A DNA stretch of 13,646 nucleotides from an uncultured Fibrobacterales bacterium (GTDB taxonomy: Bacteria > Fibrobacterota > Fibrobacteria > Fibrobacterales > CAWVXU01), in the NCBI GenBank assembly GCA_963934255.1, contig CAWVXU010000071.1:1-13646 (forward strand), written 5' to 3'. The translations under genes were made by a program, and so were the position numbers. Shown here piece after piece: positions 8,122 to 13,646 of the stretch; the first letter of the stretch is position 1; every line of letters starts with the position of its first letter. Under the pieces are notes generated by a model, which saw only the letters and a program-made list of their open reading frames with translations, was not told the DNA's origin and did no database searches.

Positions 8122-9889
8122 CTACCGCCAAATGAGTGGTAATTTGTTGTTTTTCCCAAGTGTTCCAATAGAGTCCTTGTAATGCAAGGAGCTGCTTATG
8201 GTTGCCTTGCTCTACAATTTTGCCTTCATCAAGTACGATGATATGATCTAGCTCGGAGACTGAAGAGTAACGATGTGAAATAACAATTGAAGTTAAATCC
8301 TTAATTTGACTCGTCAGATTTTTTAAAACTTGAGCTTCAGTCTCAGTATCAAGTGCGGATAAGGTATCATCAAGTATGAGTATTTCTTTATTGGCAATAA
8401 GCGCTCTGGAAAGTCCCACTCTTTGTTTTTGACCACCAGATAGGTTGATCCCTTTCTCTCCTAATCTAGCTTCAAGCCTATTCGGAATAGAGGGTAGATC
8501 TTTAGTGAAATCAGCAATTTCAACAGCTTGTTGGACTTCGGCATCTAGAGTAGGCGAGTCGGTGTTTTGCGAACCAAGAATGATGTTGTTATAAATAGAG
8601 TCACTAAATAAAAATCCGTCTTGGGGTGCAATCGAGAATAGTCTCTTATAGCTCAATTTATTAAAGCTAATAATGGGAGTTTGATTCAGCTTGACTTCAC
8701 CTTGACTAGAAGGATAAATACCAGCGATGACTTGTGAAAGTAATGTTTTACCTGAGCCAGTGGCGCCTACAATCCCTAGAGATTGCCCTCGTTTGATTGT
8801 CAGGTTTATTGAGTCCAAAACTTTCACTTCACTCAATGTGAGGCTCATGTCTTTTAATTCTAATTGATCAAACGTGTCATTAAAGTGCGCGCCATATTCA
8901 TACTCTTCTTGAGTTTGCATGGCATCTTCAAGCTCGATGATACGATCTAGTGAAGCTCGACCTCTCTGAGTCAGGCTAATGACCCAACCGAGTCCCACAA
9001 GAGGGAATTGAACTTTTACAAGATAAAGGATAGCAGCAGATAAATCGCCGATGGTCATCTCACCTTGTTGAACTAAATAAGATCCTAAAAGTAAAGATGC
9101 ACAGATACCTAATCCACTGACAACAGCAATAATAGGCCAAATAAATGAGTTAGTATAAGCGACTTTTTTAGATGTTTGTTTGAATTCTTCACTTCGTTCG
9201 GTAAATTTTTTGATAAAAAGAGGCTCTATGACATGAGCTTTAATGATTGAAATTCCTGAGATACTCTCATGTAAGAATGTATTGAGTTTGGCAAGAAACT
9301 TTTGATTAGTCGAATGAGTTTTGTACAAAAATTTGAGGAATTTCATCGAAATAAGTGGAAGTAGTAAGCTGAATCCGAGCCCTACAAGAGCAATTTTAGG
9401 AGAAATCAAATAAAGGCAAATACCTGTGTAGATAAGAAGTAGGCCCATGCGGGCAATGTGAAGTATAACTGGTCCTACTAAATCACGTACGTGATCAAGA
9501 TCATTTGTACTTCTTGACATAAGGTCACCAGTAGGGTTTTTATCAAAAAAATCACGGTTTTGAATTTGTAGTTTTTCAAATAAATTTTTACGTAAGCTGT
9601 ATTCAACTTTACGACTTGAAGTAATCAATAAATAACGTTGGAAAAAGAGTAAAATTGCAGCTAAAACACTGAGGCCTGCAAGTAGGTACAGATATTCGTA
9701 GACTTGAGATTGAACTTGGCCATCGAGCTGTTCGGATTGGGTAAGTAAATCTACGATGAGCTTGATGATCCAAGGCGATGCTTGGTCAAGAGCAGTCGAT
9801 ATCAACACGAAAAATAAAGAAAGACTTACCTGGAATTTGTAGGGCCTTAAATAAGGTCGTAAGTATTCAATTTGTCTTTTAAAATTCAC
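8111..9889 (-). CDS. Type IV ABC exporter subunit (TMD+NBD), MdlA/YheI-like
   Basis: TGDLMSRSTNDL, Walker A GATGSGKT, signature LSGGQKQR, degenerate Walker B ILILDD, SHR. GTG start. Confidence 0.93.
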   Translation of the reverse strand: MNFKRQIEYLRPYLRPYKFQVSLSLFFVLISTALDQASPWIIKLIVDLLTQSEQLDGQVQSQVYEYLYLLAGLSVLAAILLFFQRYLLITSSRKVEYSLRKNLFEKLQIQNRDFFDKNPTGDLMSRSTNDLDHVRDLVGPVILHIARMGLLLIYTGICLYLISPKIALVGLGFSLLLPLISMKFLKFLYKTHSTNQKFLAKLNTFLHESISGISIIKAHVIEPLFIKKFTERSEEFKQTSKKVAYTNSFIWPIIAVVSGLGICASLLLGSYLVQQGEMTIGDLSAAILYLVKVQFPLVGLGWVISLTQRGRASLDRIIELEDAMQTQEEYEYGAHFNDTFDQLELKDMSLTLSEVKVLDSINLTIKRGQSLGIVGATGSGKTLLSQVIAGIYPSSQGEVKLNQTPIISFNKLSYKRLFSIAPQDGFLFSDSIYNNIILGSQNTDSPTLDAEVQQAVEIADFTKDLPSIPNRLEARLGEKGINLSGGQKQRVGLSRALIANKEILILDDTLSALDTETEAQVLKNLTSQIKDLTSIVISHRYSSVSELDHIIVLDEGKIVEQGNHKQLLALQGLYWNTWEKQQITTHLAVDDV

Positions 9890-9949
9890 AAGTTTTCCTC
9901 TCTGTACCCCAAATTTAATAATTCAGAGTCAAAGAGGAAGTGATGTTAC

Positions 9950-10123
9950 TTAGTTATCAAAAATATGTTCGTCCTCGAGGATTTCACTCATATCTTTGGA
10001 GGTTTCCAGTGCTATAATGAGATTGAGAATATCATCTTGGGAAATGACTTTTTGACGGATGGGACGTTGGGTGATAGTCTTAGCTTCACTATATTCGTCT
10101 TTAGGGTTCAATGACTCATTCAT
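9950..10123 (-). CDS. Small acidic hypothetical protein, 57 aa (not in the ORF track)
   Basis: MNESLNPKDEYSEAKTITQRPIRQKVISQDDILNLIIALETSKDMSEILEDEHIFDN*. Perfect AGGAGG RBS 5 nt before the ATG. Fills an otherwise empty gap. Confidence 0.8.
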   Translation of the reverse strand: MNESLNPKDEYSEAKTITQRPIRQKVISQDDILNLIIALETSKDMSEILEDEHIFDN

Positions 10124-10161
10124 AGGGTCCTCCTGGGCTTTAGTGCTTACCTATATTATAC

Positions 10162-10190
10162 CTATCGGCGGATTCAATAACCAGCATTAG
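10162..10190 (-). promoter_or_regulatory. Putative sigma28 (FliA/WhiG)-type promoter for the small ORF
   Basis: CTAATG-N15-GCCGATAG (TAAT to GCCGATAG spacer 16 nt) versus the consensus TAAA-N15/16-GCCGATAA. Confidence 0.55.
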
Positions 10191-10315
10191 CTTAAAGATG
10201 AGCAAATATGATATAGTTTATCACACTTTACCCCAAGTTCTAGGTCAAATTTCCCTAACAACTCTCTTTGCTCAAGTATTGCTATTATTGTTTCATCAAT
10301 ATTTGGAGAGATTTT

Positions 10316-12016
10316 GTGGCTATTTTAATCGTTGTTGTTTCGTTTTTACTGTTTTATTTTGTCGGTTATCGTTTTTGGTCTAAGTTTTTGGCTGAAAAAG
10401 TGTTTAAGGTTTCCGAGAATGAGGTGACGCCTGCTCATACTCCAGGGCTAAGAGATGATGTTGACTGTTTACCAGTGGATAAACACATCTTGTGGGGGCA
10501 TCACTATACTTCTATTGCTGGGGCAGCTCCCATCATTGGTCCGGCAGTGGCTATTTATTGGGGATGGCTTCCGGCAATTATCTGGGTTGTCTTTGGCTCT
10601 ATATTTATGGGTTCTGTGCATGATTTTGGTTCGCTTCTAGTCTCTGCAAGGCATGGTGGCAAATCAATGGCCTCTATTGCGGGATCCGTGATTCACCCGC
10701 GTGCGCGTATTTTGTTTCAAGTTTTAATTTATTTTCTGATTTGGATCGTTCTGGCGGTTTTTTCTTTTGCTATCGGCGTTTTGTTTACCAAATACCCGGA
10801 GTCTGTGATTCCAGTGAATTTTGAGATTGTTATTGCCATGGTCATTGGGTATTTTATTTATAAAAAAAAGATCAAATTACTTATACCCTCTCTTATTGCT
10901 TTGGGACTTTTGTATGCCATGATCCCCGTGGGATTGGCTTATCCGGTCAACGTCGGGGGTTTAGGCTTCATGCCATCCTCTTTTGAGACTTGGGCTGTTA
11001 TTCTTCTCATTTATAGTGCTGTGGCCTCTGTGATGCCGGTTTGGCTTCTTTTACAGCCACGCGATTTTATTAATTCTCATCAGCTGATAGTTGGTCTAGC
11101 TCTCTTGGTTTTAGGTCTAATTTTCTTAAACCCGGAGATGTCAGCTCCTATGATTCGCGAATCTGTGGGATCTGCAGATGGTGGAGCTCCAGGCATTTTA
11201 CCTATGATTTTTGTCACTATTGCCTGTGGAGCAATTTCAGGCTTTCATGGTTTGGTGTCGAGTGGAACTACGTCTAAACAATTAAACAAAATGAAAGATG
11301 CTCGTCTGATAGGCTATGGAGCAATGCTAAGTGAGTCAGCCTTGGCTGTTTTGGCTACTGTTGCGGTAGGTGCTGGACTTTCGGATTGGGCGGGTCATTA
11401 TCATGATTGGAACGCTTCAGGAATTAATGCTATTGCTAACTTTGTTGAAGGTGGCGGTACCTTTTTGGAAGCACTATTCTTTAGCTCCAAAACAGCTCAA
11501 GTAATTATTGCAGTTTTGGCTATTTCTTTTGCTGCAACCTCCATGGACACTGCAGCTCGAATTCAGCGGATTATTGTCAGTGAATTTGGTGAAGCGGTGG
11601 GTATCTCTTTATTTAAAAACCGTTATTTAGCAACGGTTGTAGCCGTAGGTCCTGCAATCCCTTTAGTTTTAATGGGCAAGTCTGTTTGGGGGCCGTTGTG
11701 GATGTTATTTGGCACTACAAATCAGTTAGTTGCAGCTGTTATTTTACTTGTTTTATACGTCTATTTGGTGAAGTCCAGAAGGCCGGCTTGGCCGATTGGA
11801 ATACCGATGATTTTAATCGTAGTTATCACTTTAATTGCGATGATAACCAACATTTATACTTGGTATCATGATCTCACTTTAGGTGTCGGTGGAGCGACTT
11901 GGATGACTTTGATCCTAGCGGTGATACTGCTTTTATTAGAAGTTTGGTTACTTGTGGAGGCATGGGTAATCCTTCGGAATTTCTCTCAAGTGCGAAAGCG
12001 AGAAGTTAAATTTTAA
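10316..12016 (+). CDS. cstA: Carbon starvation protein A family peptide/pyruvate transporter (566 aa)
   Basis: TPAH, GHHYTSIAGAAPIIGP, PVWLLLQPRDFIN, FVTIACGAISGFHGLVSSGTTSKQL, LFGTTNQL. Start moved to the GTG at 10316, which has a GGAGAG RBS. Confidence 0.94.
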   Translation: MAILIVVVSFLLFYFVGYRFWSKFLAEKVFKVSENEVTPAHTPGLRDDVDCLPVDKHILWGHHYTSIAGAAPIIGPAVAIYWGWLPAIIWVVFGSIFMGSVHDFGSLLVSARHGGKSMASIAGSVIHPRARILFQVLIYFLIWIVLAVFSFAIGVLFTKYPESVIPVNFEIVIAMVIGYFIYKKKIKLLIPSLIALGLLYAMIPVGLAYPVNVGGLGFMPSSFETWAVILLIYSAVASVMPVWLLLQPRDFINSHQLIVGLALLVLGLIFLNPEMSAPMIRESVGSADGGAPGILPMIFVTIACGAISGFHGLVSSGTTSKQLNKMKDARLIGYGAMLSESALAVLATVAVGAGLSDWAGHYHDWNASGINAIANFVEGGGTFLEALFFSSKTAQVIIAVLAISFAATSMDTAARIQRIIVSEFGEAVGISLFKNRYLATVVAVGPAIPLVLMGKSVWGPLWMLFGTTNQLVAAVILLVLYVYLVKSRRPAWPIGIPMILIVVITLIAMITNIYTWYHDLTLGVGGATWMTLILAVILLLLEVWLLVEAWVILRNFSQVRKREVKF

Positions 12017-12353
12017 TAGGGCTTTTCAGCGGTATGTTACCTAATCAGTGGACTGTGTGAGTGGTACTTGTCCTTTTAGCTCAAAAAACTCAAAAAAATA
12101 AAGCTCTAATTTTCATAAGTGCACGATTTCACTTGATTTATGAAGTTTTTTTTCCGAAGATTAATATATATACATTAATTAGTGCACTCAATAGTAAAGA
12201 GCACCATGAGCAACTGCAACAAAATCTCTGGATTATCTGTAATCCTGATTGTTTACTCTCTTTCCCAGAGTGAGGTTGTTTTTGGTTTTAATTTTGGGAC
12301 AAAATGTCCAAACCAAGTTCAAAATTTCCTGGAGTATGGTTGCAACAAACCAG

Positions 12354-12367
12354 CTGATAATTATCAG
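12354..12367. promoter_or_regulatory. Perfect 14-bp palindrome, candidate operator next to the fibre-gene RBS
   Basis: CTGATAATTATCAG, ending 8 nt before the TTG start. Confidence 0.45.
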
Positions 12368-12375
12368 GTAGCGTT

Positions 12376-13646
12376 TTGAAATTCTTAATCCTTGTCACCT
12401 TATGCTTCATGTGCGTGAATATCTATGCTCAAACTGCTGGCCTGACTTTACCTCTCAACGGTAGGATTGCAAATACGGAAATTGGACTTAATGCCGAGAT
12501 CCAACTTCATGTGTCACTAAACGATGCAGCCGAAGGTGGCAAAGTTATTTGGAGTGAGACTCATACTACCACTTTGAATAATGGTTGGTTCAATGTTGAG
12601 CTTGGATCAAATGTCGAATTGCCCAGTGCGGCCAAGTTTACTGAGAACCTTTGGGTTTCTCTAGCGGTTAATTCTGAACCAGAAATTTTAAATCGTATAC
12701 CTCTCAGTATTGCAGCGAAGTCAATTATGGCTCACTCAGTCAATGGTCGAATTATCAAAGGAACTTCAATTGACAATGATGTGGTTGTCAAATCGTTTAA
12801 TGGTCTCAAAGATGATGTTATTTTTGAAGGTGATTCCAGTTTTGTTTTAAATGCCGAATCTAATACAATAAAGCTTTCACTTTCATCAAATGCTATTACG
12901 GCCGACAATATTTCTAAAGGGGCGGTTGTTCAGTCTAAAATTAAAGATGAAGCAGTCACAGAAGGGAAATTAAAAATTTCCAATAAAGGAAATGATAAAA
13001 CAGATGGGTACGTTCTAGCGTGGGATCAAAAAAACAATACTATGCGTTGGGTTCCTCTATCAGGTAAATTTTCTCAAGTTGGAGTGGACAGCCTCTCGAC
13101 TCCAGGGCATCTAGGAAACACAGGTGAAGAAGGTGTACTTCGTGTAGACTCATCTTTAACCTATACAAGCGGTGGGGACTTCATTACTTTTGGAATTGCT
13201 GATGACGCGATTAATAAAGATAAAATTAACGCGAATGTTGCCGGCCTTGGTTTAGGTCAAAATGCTGATGGTTCTTTAGAGGTCACCCCTGATGATTCTA
13301 CTTTAGAACTCAACGGTGATACTTTACGGTTAAAGGATTTTGGAATTGGTACTTCTAAGTTAAATGACCTAGCCGTGACTGCTGCTAAGCTTTCTGATGA
13401 TGCTGTGATGACATCTAAAATATTTGATAATGCTGTTACCAAAGAAAAAGTGAATTCCGATGTTGCTGGTCTTGGTCTTGCTAAAGATGTTGATGGTTCA
13501 CTTAGGGCGATTGTTGATGATTCGACTCTTGAAATTAATGTGGATACTCTACGGATTAAAGACTTGGCTGTTTCTAGTGAGAAGTTAGCATTCGATGCTG
13601 TTCGTAATATTAATTTAGCCGATAGCGCTGTTCAAACTGAGAATAT
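12376..13646 (+). CDS. Secreted phage-tail-fibre-like repeat protein/adhesin (partial, runs off the 3' edge)
   Basis: 423 open codons from TTG with no stop. Signal peptide MKFLILVTLCFMCVNIYA|Q. N-domain with NGRI..DAAEGGKVIWSETH..NGWFNVELG..LWVSLAV..RIPL. Then VVKSFNGLKDDV, GYVLAWD..MRW, and decapeptide AVTxxKLxDx repeats. Confidence 0.88.
   Translation, partial: MKFLILVTLCFMCVNIYAQTAGLTLPLNGRIANTEIGLNAEIQLHVSLNDAAEGGKVIWSETHTTTLNNGWFNVELGSNVELPSAAKFTENLWVSLAVNSEPEILNRIPLSIAAKSIMAHSVNGRIIKGTSIDNDVVVKSFNGLKDDVIFEGDSSFVLNAESNTIKLSLSSNAITADNISKGAVVQSKIKDEAVTEGKLKISNKGNDKTDGYVLAWDQKNNTMRWVPLSGKFSQVGVDSLSTPGHLGNTGEEGVLRVDSSLTYTSGGDFITFGIADDAINKDKINANVAGLGLGQNADGSLEVTPDDSTLELNGDTLRLKDFGIGTSKLNDLAVTAAKLSDDAVMTSKIFDNAVTKEKVNSDVAGLGLAKDVDGSLRAIVDDSTLEINVDTLRIKDLAVSSEKLAFDAVRNINLADSAVQTEN
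13201..13646 (+). repeat. 225-nt (75-aa) intragenic repeat, at least 2 diverged units
   Basis: Unit 1 from 13201: DDAINKDKINANVAGLGLGQNADGSLEVTPDDSTLELNGDTLRLKD. Unit 2 from 13426: DNAVTKEKVNSDVAGLGLAKDVDGSLRAIVDDSTLEINVDTLRIKD. Confidence 0.9.

Noticed and set aside
10198..12273. ORFs 10198-10383, 10455-10640, 11686-11871, 12061-12273
   Set aside because: Off-frame overlaps of cstA or AT-rich intergenic chance ORFs.
12354..12367. Canonical Fur box
   Set aside because: GATAAT half-sites are present but in a 6-0-6 arrangement, not 7-1-7 or 19 bp. Kept only as a generic operator candidate.
12017..12375. Known riboswitch, CRISPR array or invertible promoter
   Set aside because: No recognisable aptamer consensus, no regularly spaced repeats, and no long flanking inverted repeats or recombinase.
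13257..13442. 61-aa minus-strand ORF
   Set aside because: Antisense shadow of the fibre repeat.
12376..13646. Prophage tail gene
   Set aside because: It has a Sec signal peptide and only housekeeping neighbours upstream; the downstream context is not visible.

Overview
Low-GC bacterial chromosomal window, probably FCB superphylum and possibly Fibrobacterota (inferred from gene order only). It is mostly core genome. The minus strand carries, in transcription order: an unannotated 57-aa protein with a strong RBS and a sigma28-like promoter; a heterodimeric type IV ABC exporter pair; tRNA-Ser(GGA); rpoZ with a long acidic tail; a terminator; and a translationally coupled coaBC - degenerate UDG-fold protein - dnaB - mlaE - mlaF operon, followed by a possible decayed gene. 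The plus strand carries cstA and the 5' part (423 codons, runs off the window, absent from the ORF track) of a secreted phage-tail-fibre-like protein with decapeptide and 75-aa repeats. The best leads are (1) the UDG family-4-fold protein that lacks the catalytic and Fe-S residues and is coupled to dnaB (candidate psi/HolD-like replisome subunit), (2) the secreted fibre/adhesin with a palindrome-rich leader, and (3) the small protein under a possible sigma28 promoter. I saw no CRISPR array, mobile element or prophage.
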